A stretch of 64,000 nucleotides of DNA from the NCBI GenBank assembly GCA_039024555.1, contig JBCCQQ010000004.1, positions 32,001 to 96,000 of the forward strand, read 5' to 3'. This document shows positions 8,883 to 18,733 of this stretch, piece after piece (the stretch's first letter is position 1; each line of letters begins with the position of its first letter). The stretch is from Cyanobacteria bacterium P01_D01_bin.156. Lineage in GTDB: Bacteria; Cyanobacteriota; Cyanobacteriia; Phormidesmidales; Phormidesmidaceae. Under the pieces are notes generated by a model, which had not been told where the DNA came from, ran no database searches, and was given only the letters and a program-made list of their open reading frames with translations. The position numbers and the translations under genes are program-made.

Positions 8883-11846
8883 TTACCTAGCCCGCGCCAC
8901 CAACATCTGCTCCTTCATCTTCTCCACCTGAGCTGCCACCAGCGGATCAGGGTCATTTTCCATCATCGGCAACAGGGATTCTAAGGCCCGGGGAGAAGCC
9001 ATATTTAAGTAACTCAAGACCGCTTCACGCACAAAGCCCATGGGATGACGCAGGGATGCAACCACATGGTCCACATGGATACTCCACTGTTCGCCACGGG
9101 CTACATGAAAACAACAAGCCAAGGCCCAGTCCGACAGAAAGTGCCGAATTTCCATTAGCTGGCCGAGACGCCCTTGAGGCGACAGGGGTTCGTAGGCCAC
9201 AAACCCACTAATGGCCGTTAGGGTAGCCTCTTCACTAGATTGCTCAAATAGGGCTAAAATCGCTCGCTTAGCCGGGATATCTAAGGTGTTATCTAAAATT
9301 TCCAGTCCCCTAGCCCGACTGCTGGCTGAGCCGTCTAAACTAAGTTCTGCCGCTTGAATATTGGAAGAACGATAGAGAAAACGCATAAGTAACAGCATTC
9401 TCTCAAGGGCATCGGCACGCATATCTCGAATTGCCCGTCGCAGCCAATCAAACGTATCGCTGGGAGCCTTATCTTCAGAACAGTCGGCCAGGGCACCGCA
9501 GAGCTGGCCAATAAACTTAAGCTCTTGATTGAGCAAGGTTTCCACACCCTGGCGGCCCAACTGGTCAAGGGCTAGCTCAATATCGGTAGAGCGGCGGATA
9601 CTTTGCTCGTCAGCCAGTTTAACTAGAATACGTAAAATCCAGCGGCGAGGCGGCCCCCAGGAGGTCATTAGATTAGACGCCAGCAAATTCATCGCACCAA
9701 AGGTACCAATGCGACCAATGACATTCCAGGCTTGGCGACGTAGGGTGTCAGAACGATAGGGATTATTGGCCACTTCTATCAGCATGGGAAGGGCTTCATC
9801 CCTGAGATTTACCAAGGCCTGCATGGCCGCTTCCCGAGTGGATTTGTAGCGTAGGGCCTGCAGTAGCGAAGGGTAGTGTTCTTCTAACCGAGTGGCGGCA
9901 ATGACTTCTAACATAGAGCGTCGCACCCGTAGGGAGTCATCTTGCAATAAATCAGGCACGTGCAGCCGTAGTCCCTGCATGTATTCTGCTTCCCCCAGGG
10001 CGCGACAGCCCATCACTCGTTCTCGTTCCTCTTCGTGGGTCAACATCTGCTGCAAAATATAGGTGGCTTTAGCCCGCTCAGACGGGCTGCCCCGCTTGAG
10101 CATCATCGAAGCAGCGGTCCCTCGCACCACCGGATCAACACTTGTTTTGAGATAAGGCTTAAGCTTATTAACCTCCGCATCTTCCTGGGTAAGCCAAACG
10201 TAGCGTACGGCCAGTGCCAGAATAGCGGGTTCTTGGGAAGGAGAAATCAGCGCGTCCACATAGCCCGTAAAGGTGGGGTCTGGGTAAGCCAGCATGGTTT
10301 CCAAACTTTGTTTCTGTAAGCCAGACGATAGCTCGCTTAACATCGGGGCCAACACCTCACTGATACTGTGGGGTTCGATCTGGGTTAGCAATTCAATCAG
10401 GGAGCGTTTGTCGGCTTCCGGTCCCGGTTTATCCAAGGCTTCAATAATGGCCTGTTTCAATACCCGCAAACTGGCATCAGAGTAGCTCAGTAGACCCCGT
10501 TCAGCGGTGAGTACAAGCAGGTTTAGGTATTGCGATCGCAATAGAAAAATACTGCCAAGCCACAGCCCAGATAGCCCAAAAGTCACCAGTAGCAAAATAC
10601 GGTCGCCCTCAATGCCCAGCCACTTGGATAGGGCTAAGATGGCTAAAATGCCCACCCCCACCAGTCCAATGGCAACCGCTTCTGCCACACCAATCAGCGA
10701 CTGTATGCGGGCTCGTCGTTGGTCAGGCACTGGCTGAAACAGCACCGGACGACTGCTGGCTACGATCGTGTAGCGCAGCCATTCGTCAACAAATTTGAGG
10801 AGTACCAGACCGACAAATAACCCCGTTGCCCCCGCCAGTATCGGTAAACTAAATAACAAACATAGACAGCTGAGCACCACGAGCAAGACGGGCAAAATTC
10901 CAGCCGTAATGAACAGTCCCAACCGTTCAATTAACCGACTAGAGGTAAACAGCTGAGTCACCAGCTCTGCTAACCCCAAAACACCGGTAAAGATCCCCAG
11001 AAATCTGGCAGTGGTGTCAACGGAAAACCCCTGCCCCGTTAGCTGGTAGAGAAATTGATACTCCAGGAGATACAGCAGCGCCTGAGCAATCACAAAAAAG
11101 CTCAGCAATAACAATACGTAGCGACGAATGAGTTTTCGCAGGCGCTTAGCAGAAAAGTTAACGTTGGAGACTTCTACCTTCCGCCGTTTAGAGTCTGGAA
11201 AGGCATGGTCATAGGTATTGCTGATATAAAACAACACCCCGGTGGCCAACAACATGATGCCAAACACCAGGTAAATAATGTTGTTAATATCCACCACACT
11301 CAGCACGGCCACCAAGGTAAACCCGCTAAGCACATCTGCCACCAGGTTACCGCTACTAATCAACGGGAATGTCCGTTTAATTTCCCGAATATTAAACAGC
11401 TGCCCTGCCAATACCGACAGATTTAGTTCATTGAGATTGGTGATTGCCTCCATCCATAGCCGCATGGCAAAAATGGTGGGCAGCGCCCAAACTTCCACCC
11501 CCAGACCAATGCGAAACAGCAAAATGGGCAGGGTCATCAGCAAGGCAATCAGGACAATCACCTGACGTAGGGGAAAAATTCGCTGCAGCCAGGAATAGAT
11601 ACTGCCTAAACTTATCCCCACCGGGGCAGTACACAGGTAAATTAGCGGTAGGGTGCCCGCTCCATATCTCTCCAAAAATAGGGCTGCCGAACTAAACTCC
11701 AACCACATAATCCCCATGGACATGAGGGTGTAGAAGGCAAACAGCAATAGGGTGCGATCCCCTTCTTCGGTGCGTAGATTGAGTGCTGCAAACAATTTCT
11801 GCAGCCAGATTGGCGGTGTGGAAGAAAAGTCCGATTGCATAGGCAA
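8883..11846 (-). CDS. MFS/NTT(TLC)-like transporter domain fused to HEAT repeats
   Basis: About 12 TM helices in the N-terminal ~440 aa (FNIREIKRTFPLISSG), then HEAT-like repeats (DPVVRGTAA, DDSLRVRRS, FVREAVL, DPDPLVAAQ). Confidence 0.8.
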   Translation of the reverse strand: MPMQSDFSSTPPIWLQKLFAALNLRTEEGDRTLLLFAFYTLMSMGIMWLEFSSAALFLERYGAGTLPLIYLCTAPVGISLGSIYSWLQRIFPLRQVIVLIALLMTLPILLFRIGLGVEVWALPTIFAMRLWMEAITNLNELNLSVLAGQLFNIREIKRTFPLISSGNLVADVLSGFTLVAVLSVVDINNIIYLVFGIMLLATGVLFYISNTYDHAFPDSKRRKVEVSNVNFSAKRLRKLIRRYVLLLLSFFVIAQALLYLLEYQFLYQLTGQGFSVDTTARFLGIFTGVLGLAELVTQLFTSSRLIERLGLFITAGILPVLLVVLSCLCLLFSLPILAGATGLFVGLVLLKFVDEWLRYTIVASSRPVLFQPVPDQRRARIQSLIGVAEAVAIGLVGVGILAILALSKWLGIEGDRILLLVTFGLSGLWLGSIFLLRSQYLNLLVLTAERGLLSYSDASLRVLKQAIIEALDKPGPEADKRSLIELLTQIEPHSISEVLAPMLSELSSGLQKQSLETMLAYPDPTFTGYVDALISPSQEPAILALAVRYVWLTQEDAEVNKLKPYLKTSVDPVVRGTAASMMLKRGSPSERAKATYILQQMLTHEEERERVMGCRALGEAEYMQGLRLHVPDLLQDDSLRVRRSMLEVIAATRLEEHYPSLLQALRYKSTREAAMQALVNLRDEALPMLIEVANNPYRSDTLRRQAWNVIGRIGTFGAMNLLASNLMTSWGPPRRWILRILVKLADEQSIRRSTDIELALDQLGRQGVETLLNQELKFIGQLCGALADCSEDKAPSDTFDWLRRAIRDMRADALERMLLLMRFLYRSSNIQAAELSLDGSASSRARGLEILDNTLDIPAKRAILALFEQSSEEATLTAISGFVAYEPLSPQGRLGQLMEIRHFLSDWALACCFHVARGEQWSIHVDHVVASLRHPMGFVREAVLSYLNMASPRALESLLPMMENDPDPLVAAQVEKMKEQMLVARAR

Positions 11847-11988
11847 ACAACTGGGCGGAGGCAGAAGTTACGAGTATGCCCAAGACGCTACCGGATCATC
11901 TACACGTCATCAATAGCAATCACTGGGTGTAACAAACTGTAATAACCATAGTGCCCATCACACCGATGGCCTCCCACTACATCGGATA

Positions 11989-13155
11989 TCAAGCAGGCTG
12001 GCCATTGGTGTGATGGCTCGAGACATGTTCGGGTAACCGTGGAAACTCCCCTGTGAGCAGCGGTGCCAGCTGCGGATAAGACTCTTGGTTTAACAAGCAC
12101 CGTTCAATAGTAGCCACATCTTCATAGCTCAGCGAAAGCTCTCCCTGGAGATGGCGCAGCCATTTTTTGAGGGGCTGCCCCAGGGGCTCTTCGAGGGAGA
12201 GTGCCGTCAGCAAGGCCTGGCGGTAGCGATCGCAATTACTTTGATGGCCAGCATAGGGAGCCATGACGTCTGCTTCAATGGCCTGACTTTGAGCCACACT
12301 CAAACCCAATTGATGGCGCAGAAACTCTAAAACATTGCGACATTCAACTGGGAGATGTCCCCGATGGCGACGGGCATATTCTTCTAAACCACGGCGATAT
12401 TCTCGCTCAGGGGAATACCCTCGAACCTCCATGAGTGACTGGTGGAGGTCATAACAGTCCCCCATCATCAAGGGCCAGAGGGAGCCATGGGTATCTTCCA
12501 AACACTGCTCCATATAGGTTTGAATATCGTTTACCGAAATCCCACCATCGGCGTCCATATCGGCCAAGCCCGAGGTGATGCCTTCGATCAGCCACTGGGT
12601 GTAAAAAGATAATCCAGAATCACCAATAGGCCAGGGAGCAGCAGCACTACCCTGGGCCGTGAGGACAGCACAGTTGCAGTCTGCCATGGGAGATGTTTCG
12701 AGTAGCGTTGCTTCCGAATAGGTAAGCGGATGGTCCACCACTGTTGTTTCTGCCGACAGCCAAAGGCAATCGAGAATCATCACCCGCTGCAGGTTTTCTT
12801 TGGTAGAGGGCAAGGCTTGGCGAATGTAGTCACTAGACAAGGCCGTAGTCGTTAAATTGGCATTATCCGTATCCTGGGCCGTTAGATAAAAGGTGCCATT
12901 GGGGGCAATTACACTGCGGCCCGTGTAATAAATCAAACATAGATCTCCCCGCCGACAGTGATAGGTCATGCGGGCAATGGCATGCTGCAGCTGGCGTAGG
13001 TCGGGATTGAGTAAAACAGTGACATGATCATCCCGTAGTCCATCGACTTCAGTTAGTAGCGTTTGCTGCAGAGACGTAACATTTGCGATCGCAGGGGATG
13101 CCCCCACCGCTGGATAATTAGCATCCACACCGATTAACAGGATGTGCTTGCCCAT
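11989..13155 (-). CDS. Caspase (C14)-like domain protein, predicted inactive (pseudo-orthocaspase)
   Basis: HILLIGV N-terminus. YYTGR sits at the FSGH site and ILDCL at the LDxC site. SFYTQWLIEGI..G.AD.DADG.IS follows, then C-terminal helical LGLS repeats. Confidence 0.8.
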   Translation of the reverse strand: MGKHILLIGVDANYPAVGASPAIANVTSLQQTLLTEVDGLRDDHVTVLLNPDLRQLQHAIARMTYHCRRGDLCLIYYTGRSVIAPNGTFYLTAQDTDNANLTTTALSSDYIRQALPSTKENLQRVMILDCLWLSAETTVVDHPLTYSEATLLETSPMADCNCAVLTAQGSAAAPWPIGDSGLSFYTQWLIEGITSGLADMDADGGISVNDIQTYMEQCLEDTHGSLWPLMMGDCYDLHQSLMEVRGYSPEREYRRGLEEYARRHRGHLPVECRNVLEFLRHQLGLSVAQSQAIEADVMAPYAGHQSNCDRYRQALLTALSLEEPLGQPLKKWLRHLQGELSLSYEDVATIERCLLNQESYPQLAPLLTGEFPRLPEHVSSHHTNGQPA

Positions 13156-13437
13156 GGTTGTATGCTCCCGTCAAGAGTTGATGAACACTGACCCAAAATG
13201 TAAGTACTGGCATGTGTAAAATTTTCGGAAATGCCGTTCATCATCAGGATGCTTCACCCGCAGCTTTGCTTCTAGTTGCAAAAATTTGCATTGCCAGACT
13301 CCCGGATTCTTGATGCATAAAATGCCCTTACCCCCGAAAGATTTTGAACAGAATCCGGGACTCTAAGGCAGCCAACAGCCTGGAATAAAATCCGGATTCT
13401 GGCATAAAATAGTGGGCCATCCATCACTCCACTTTCC

Positions 13438-13968
13438 ATGAAACATACCCTTTCCGTTTTGGTCGAGGACGAAGCAGGCGTTTTGACTCGCATTGCCGGA
13501 TTATTTGCCCGCCGCGGCTTCAATATCGAAAGTCTGGCAGTCGGCCCGGCTGAGCAATCAGGGGTCTCGCGCATCACCATGGTGGTCCCTGGAGATGATG
13601 GAGTGATTGAACAGCTCACGAAACAGCTTTACAAGTTGATTAACGTGCTCAAGGTCAACGACATTACCGAAAAGCCTTGCGTTGAGCGGGAGCTAATGCT
13701 GCTCAAGGTAAATGCCGACAGCACTACACGCTCAGAAATCATCAACTTCGCTCAGATTTTTCGTGCCCGGGTAGTCGATGTATCCGATGAATCTCTCACC
13801 CTGGAAGTTGTGGGTGACCCAGGCAAAATGGTCGCCATCGTGCAGGTGCTGGATCGATTTGGCATTCGTGAAATTGCCCGCACTGGCAAAATTGCCTTAA
13901 CCCGTGAATCTGGGGTGAACACAGAATATCTCAAGGCTAAAACCCCCATCAGCGCTCTGGTTAATTAG
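13438..13968 (+). CDS. ilvN: Acetolactate synthase small (regulatory) subunit
   Basis: [39 protein letters not shown] domain and EIARTG. Confidence 0.97.
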   Translation: MKHTLSVLVEDEAGVLTRIAGLFARRGFNIESLAVGPAEQSGVSRITMVVPGDDGVIEQLTKQLYKLINVLKVNDITEKPCVERELMLLKVNADSTTRSEIINFAQIFRARVVDVSDESLTLEVVGDPGKMVAIVQVLDRFGIREIARTGKIALTRESGVNTEYLKAKTPISALVN

Positions 13969-13976
13969 TACTGAAA

Positions 13977-15188
13977 TTAACGACACTGAGCCAGCAGCGT
14001 TTTGGCCAAAATCTCAGCAATACGCTGCCCCGCCCCAGGAGGCCCCATACGGTGTAAACCGTTTTCGTAGATGGTCGCCTGTCGGTCCGGGTCAGACAAA
14101 ATATCTTGTAACGCTGCCCCGATTTGATTGGGTTCAGGCACCAGGGTAATCGACGGACCCAAGTGGCGAGACTGGGCCTGGGCAAAGCTCTGAGTAAACT
14201 GCGGACCGTCCCCAGGCAGGGTAAGCACCGGTTTACCTAAACCGACGACCTGTTCAGTAGCGGTACCAGCGGTTGCGATCGCCATGTGGGCCTGCTGGGC
14301 ATAGTCCACAAACATCCCCTGGGAAATCACCAACGAATGCGAACCCTGGCTATACCTAGATTGCTGAGGCTGCCAACCATAATCCCCAAGGGCTACTTTC
14401 AGTCGAGCCAGATCTAAGCTAGAAGCCGCCGCCGTTAAAAACGAAATTGCCTGCTGGCCCGTTTGCATCATATTTTGCGCCCCCTGTAACAGACGCAGCC
14501 AATTGTCATAGGCTTCAGGAGCACGGGACCCCGGCAGTAGCAGCACCCTTAGAGCATGGCTATCCGTCAGCTCAAGATGCGGAGCAACGACAAAACCATC
14601 CATCATGGGGTTGCCTGCGTCATAGGCATCCACCGCCCATCGCTGCAGACGCTGAGTCGTAATCCCGTCCCGCGCAAATACACAAACACTGCGACGCATC
14701 AACCAGCGCTCCCAGGGCATGTAAACACAGGTGCGTTGAAAATCCAGACTATCGAGCCAAGTCGATCGATCTAAACAGTGCCCCTGCTCGTTGCGCACAT
14801 AGTATTCAGACTTCGCCGTACCCACAAATCCATAGGCACAGCGACTTAACCAGCCAAACAACAGCGGCACAATATCCCCCACCGCCAAAACCACATCATC
14901 GGGGGTGAGCCACCGGCCCATGGCCCGCAACTGAGCAACCGTCAGCTGCAACAATCCGCCTTGCAGATCGCGAGCTAGCTGCTGACCGTCCATATAAATG
15001 AAACCACCAGAGGGCATTTGCTTCGTAGGACCAATAATTTCCAGACCTATTTTTTGGTACTGCCGCCCATCCCCCACAATTGGCAAAGCCGCTACTTTCA
15101 AATGGGGCAATATCCCTTGCAGGGCCTGCAAAATCCGGATGGCGATCAGATCTTCCCCATGGCCATTACTAATACAAAGCAGCCTCAT
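13977..15188 (-). CDS. Lipid-A-disaccharide synthase-related (GT-B) protein
   Basis: MRLLCISNGHGED, PSGGF, VGTAKSEYY, GNPMMD, LLPGSR and AGTATEQ.VGLGKP. Confidence 0.85.
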   Translation of the reverse strand: MRLLCISNGHGEDLIAIRILQALQGILPHLKVAALPIVGDGRQYQKIGLEIIGPTKQMPSGGFIYMDGQQLARDLQGGLLQLTVAQLRAMGRWLTPDDVVLAVGDIVPLLFGWLSRCAYGFVGTAKSEYYVRNEQGHCLDRSTWLDSLDFQRTCVYMPWERWLMRRSVCVFARDGITTQRLQRWAVDAYDAGNPMMDGFVVAPHLELTDSHALRVLLLPGSRAPEAYDNWLRLLQGAQNMMQTGQQAISFLTAAASSLDLARLKVALGDYGWQPQQSRYSQGSHSLVISQGMFVDYAQQAHMAIATAGTATEQVVGLGKPVLTLPGDGPQFTQSFAQAQSRHLGPSITLVPEPNQIGAALQDILSDPDRQATIYENGLHRMGPPGAGQRIAEILAKTLLAQCR

Positions 15189-15311
15189 TTCAGGCACATT
15201 TCCTGAGCGAAGTCAGCCAAGTTGTCAGAAAACTTGTCAAAAATAAACATCTACTACTGCAAGGGATGGGGATAATAGAGGATGAGAATGTTAAAAAAAT
15301 ATTAAAAAGAC

Positions 15312-15521
15312 ATGTCTCCTTTGCTGCTTCGTCAACTATGGTCCGTAATTGATACGGCTCATAGCACTCATCTTCTCAGCCTAGACGATCAGGGTTTAGT
15401 CAATTGGGTTACAGAGCAACTATGCCATCAATCACCATTAGACAACGCTGAGCTAACCCAAGTTAATCGCTATATTCAGTCAAAAGTTTCACTTATTCGA
15501 GACCTTGCCCAAAGTCAATAG
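15312..15521 (+). CDS. Small conserved-type cyanobacterial hypothetical protein
   Basis: 69-aa ORF (MSPLLLRQLWSVI...YIQSKVSLIRDLA) in its own intergenic space, divergent from the preceding gene. Confidence 0.7.
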   Translation: MSPLLLRQLWSVIDTAHSTHLLSLDDQGLVNWVTEQLCHQSPLDNAELTQVNRYIQSKVSLIRDLAQSQ

Positions 15522-15607
15522 TCTCAATAAGCATTCCATATCGAAGCGTTAGCTATCGTCCTAAAAAATGCTTGCCTCCGTCTGGCACTCAATCATTGGA
15601 TAAGCAA

Positions 15608-15650
15608 GTATTAAAAATTACACAAGGCTTCAAAGAGTATTCAAGACTAC
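15608..15650. promoter_or_regulatory. Two tandem NtcA-consensus boxes upstream of natF
   Basis: GTATTAAAAATTAC (15608-15621) and GTATTCAAGACTAC (15637-15650). I found no canonically spaced -10. Confidence 0.45.
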
Positions 15651-15900
15651 AAAACCCTGCTATTTCAAGCAAATTAGTCCTTAACAGCTTTATATTCGTG
15701 GCGTAACTGCCGCGTATTATACGCATTAAATCCTAGTAGGCGATACCATATCTTCTTAGGATGCATATCCTAGGCTTGGGTAATAGCGTTACTTCTATGG
15801 TCGATATTTATTGTCGATCACTGATGCTTCTCCCTATGAGAAAACAGCTGCTATTAGGTAAGTTTTTTGGTTTCTTGCAATGGAGTGTGTGAGGTTAACT

Positions 15901-16992
15901 ATGGCAAAGAAGGGTTTTTCACTAGCAGCGTTGCTCGCTGTTGCTCTGCCACTGGCTGCATGCGGTGGTGCTCAAGAAGTTGTGGATACAGCAACTGACG
16001 CAGCTGGCGGTGCAGTTGATGCAGTTGCCGATGCTGTTGGTGGGAGTCGTTTAGATACCGTCCTGAGTCGTGGCACCCTAAACTGCGGTGTTGATGGGGG
16101 TATTCCTGGATTTAGCTTTGTAGATGAAAGCGGTACCTATTCCGGTCTAGACGTAGATGTCTGTAAGGCTGTAGCCGCTGCTTTGTTTGATGATCCTGAT
16201 GCAGTTGAGTACCGTAATTTGGACTCTACTGAGCGTTTTGAAGCGCTCAAAGGTGGTGAGGTAGACATGCTCTCCCGTAACACCACTTGGACTGTCAGTC
16301 GCGATACATCTGTGGGGATGGAGTTTGCTCCAACCACATTCTTTGATGGTCAAGGCATGATGGTACGTGCTGACAGCGGTGTCGAGACACTTGAAGATAT
16401 GGAAGGCCTATCCATCTGTGTTGAAACCGGTACAACTACTGAGCTGAACCTCACTGACCAGTTCCGTCAGCGTGGCGTTAGTTTTGAGCCCGTCGTCTTT
16501 CAGGATGCAGATGCGGGGTATGCCGCCTACGATGAAGGTCGTTGTGAAGGCTTTACCTCAGATAAATCCCAGCTGATTGCTCGTCGTAGCACTCTCAGCG
16601 AGCCTGAGGCCCACGTTTTACTGGAAGTTACCATGTCGAAGGAACCCCTAGGTCCTGTGACTATCAATAACGACTCTGCATGGTTCGATACCGTTAAGTG
16701 GATCACCTACGGTCTGATCCAGGCTGAAGAGTTTGGTCTAACCTCTGAGAACATCGAAGCTGCTGTTAGCAGCGAAGATCCTAACATCCTACGCTTTGTG
16801 GGTGCTGAGGGTACTTTGGGTACTGATATGGGTCTCCCCAACGACTTTATGTTGCGGGCTATCAAGCACGTGGGTAACTATGGTGAGGTCTTTGAGCGCA
16901 ACCTAGGTAAAGCATCTCAGTTTGAGCTAGACCGCGGTCAAAATGCTCTTTGGACTGAGGGTGGCCTAATGTACGCACCTCCTTTCCGCTAG
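15901..16992 (+). CDS. natF: Amino-acid ABC transporter substrate-binding lipoprotein (NatF/AapJ/BztA family)
   Basis: Lipobox LAAC; GLDVDVCKAVAAA, RNTTWT.SRD, SKEPLGP and GLMYAPPFR. Confidence 0.9.
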   Translation: MAKKGFSLAALLAVALPLAACGGAQEVVDTATDAAGGAVDAVADAVGGSRLDTVLSRGTLNCGVDGGIPGFSFVDESGTYSGLDVDVCKAVAAALFDDPDAVEYRNLDSTERFEALKGGEVDMLSRNTTWTVSRDTSVGMEFAPTTFFDGQGMMVRADSGVETLEDMEGLSICVETGTTTELNLTDQFRQRGVSFEPVVFQDADAGYAAYDEGRCEGFTSDKSQLIARRSTLSEPEAHVLLEVTMSKEPLGPVTINNDSAWFDTVKWITYGLIQAEEFGLTSENIEAAVSSEDPNILRFVGAEGTLGTDMGLPNDFMLRAIKHVGNYGEVFERNLGKASQFELDRGQNALWTEGGLMYAPPFR

Positions 16993-17058
16993 AGATTTCC
17001 CTTGTCTAATGGTTCCTTTTGATGATTAGAAAGGCGTCGTTAGTTAGTAGATAGTTTT

Positions 17059-17083
17059 AAGGGGCCTGATGGCCCCTTTTTTT
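17059..17083 (+). terminator. Rho-independent terminator / stabilising hairpin after natF
   Basis: AAGGGGCC-TGAT-GGCCCCTT followed by a T run. Confidence 0.85.
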
Positions 17084-17279
17084 ATTGCCTCACGGATATC
17101 AATTGACACCACGGTAGTCCATCACACCACAGCCACCTCAAAATTACATTACGTTTACTAACAGTTTTAATTCATCAGGTAAAAAAAGCTAGAATCGCCT
17201 ATCGCCTCAATCTTATGATGATTGAATGCGGTTGTGATTATCTCTACAGTTACGCCCAGCACCTTGTTCTCTGTTCATT

Positions 17280-18728
17280 ATGGCCAGTCGAAGTAACAGT
17301 CCAATATCTGGAATTCAGTCTCTGCTCCGAGACGAACGCTTCTGGAAGATAGCTTTCCAAGCGTTGATTGTGTTGTTTGTGGTGAATTTGCTCTGGCATT
17401 TTTCGGCCACCCTCAATGACAACATGATCGGAAGGGGTATTCAGTTTGGCTTTAGTTTTCTTAGAAATCCAGCCGGATTTGCAATTGGCGAAAGTCTTTT
17501 AGACTATCAGGCCCAGGATACCTACAATAAGGTGATTCAAGTGGGTATCATCAACTCGCTACGAGTGATGATTGTGGGGGTAATTCTGGCAACCACCGTG
17601 GGAATTACCGCAGGAGTTGCTAGCTTTTCAGATAACTGGTTGCTTTATAAAATCAGCCGTGCCTATGTGGGTTTGGTGCGCAACGTTCCTCTCCTGCTAC
17701 AGCTTTTCTTTTGGTATCTGGCTGTTTTCTTTAGCTTTCCTGCACCTAGGTCTCCCTTCATTTTTCCAAGTGCAGATCTTAGTTGGTTTGTCGTTAACAA
17801 AAAGGGAATCTATATTCCAGGTCCTGCCTTTACGCCCGCGACTTGGACCGGGTTGATTCTAATAGCGGTGTCGCTGTTATTGGTGGGGTTATTCTTTCGT
17901 TCACTTGGGATAGTACGCAAGGGTTCCTACAGAGGTGGCATTGGTCCACTGCTGGGCTATGGCTTTAGCTTGCTGATGATTCCATTGGTGGTCGTTGTTG
18001 AGTTCCTGTTGCTCTTCAACTGGAATGCGGAAAGAGGCCTGTACTTTAAAGGGGCCTTTCCATCACTCATGTCCAGCTCGCAAGGGATATGGGTCATTGT
18101 ATTGCTGGCTTTATTGATCCCTTTAGTGTTGCTGGCTCGCTGGCGTAATAAGGCAATTGTGGAGCAGGGGCAATCTGGAAAAAATCAGTTAATTGCGATC
18201 TCACTTCTTTTGTTATTCGGCCTGCTAGTTTTCCTCTTTGCCTTTGGGTGGGAATCTCCAGTAGCTGGTATAAAAGACGACGGCACCTTTACTGGCGGTG
18301 TCACTGGCGGTCTTAGACTCTCCCTGGAATACGCAGCTATCGTTAGCGGTCTAACCTTCTATACCGGGGCCTTTATTGCAGAAATTGTTCGCGCTGGCAT
18401 TCAGTCTGTTTCTCAAGGACAGTGGGAAGCTGCACGTTCTTTGGGATTAAATTCTGGTCTGGCCATGCGCATGGTGGTCTTTCCCCAGGCCCTAAGGGTG
18501 ATTATTCCGCCCCTCAACAGTGAATTTGCCAACCTGGCAAAGAACTCCAGTTTAGCCTTGGCCATTGGCTATCCAGACCTATACTCTGTAGCCAACACAA
18601 CCTTTAACCAAACAGGGCGACCGGTAGAAGTCTTTTTACTGATGATGGCAACTTACCTAATCATCAATCTCTTAATATCGGTGAACATGAACCAACTCAA
18701 CAGTGCTGTTCAATTCAAGGAGCGATAG
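17280..18728 (+). CDS. natG: Amino-acid ABC transporter permease (NatG/AapQ family)
   Basis: RNVPLLLQL, AFIAEIVRAGIQSVSQGQWEAARSLG (EAA loop) and KNSSLA. Confidence 0.85.
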   Translation: MASRSNSPISGIQSLLRDERFWKIAFQALIVLFVVNLLWHFSATLNDNMIGRGIQFGFSFLRNPAGFAIGESLLDYQAQDTYNKVIQVGIINSLRVMIVGVILATTVGITAGVASFSDNWLLYKISRAYVGLVRNVPLLLQLFFWYLAVFFSFPAPRSPFIFPSADLSWFVVNKKGIYIPGPAFTPATWTGLILIAVSLLLVGLFFRSLGIVRKGSYRGGIGPLLGYGFSLLMIPLVVVVEFLLLFNWNAERGLYFKGAFPSLMSSSQGIWVIVLLALLIPLVLLARWRNKAIVEQGQSGKNQLIAISLLLLFGLLVFLFAFGWESPVAGIKDDGTFTGGVTGGLRLSLEYAAIVSGLTFYTGAFIAEIVRAGIQSVSQGQWEAARSLGLNSGLAMRMVVFPQALRVIIPPLNSEFANLAKNSSLALAIGYPDLYSVANTTFNQTGRPVEVFLLMMATYLIINLLISVNMNQLNSAVQFKER

Positions 18729-18733
18729 GGGCG

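Noticed and set aside
15780..15792. GTA-N7-TAC near natF as an NtcA site
   Set aside because: The spacer is 7 nt rather than 8.
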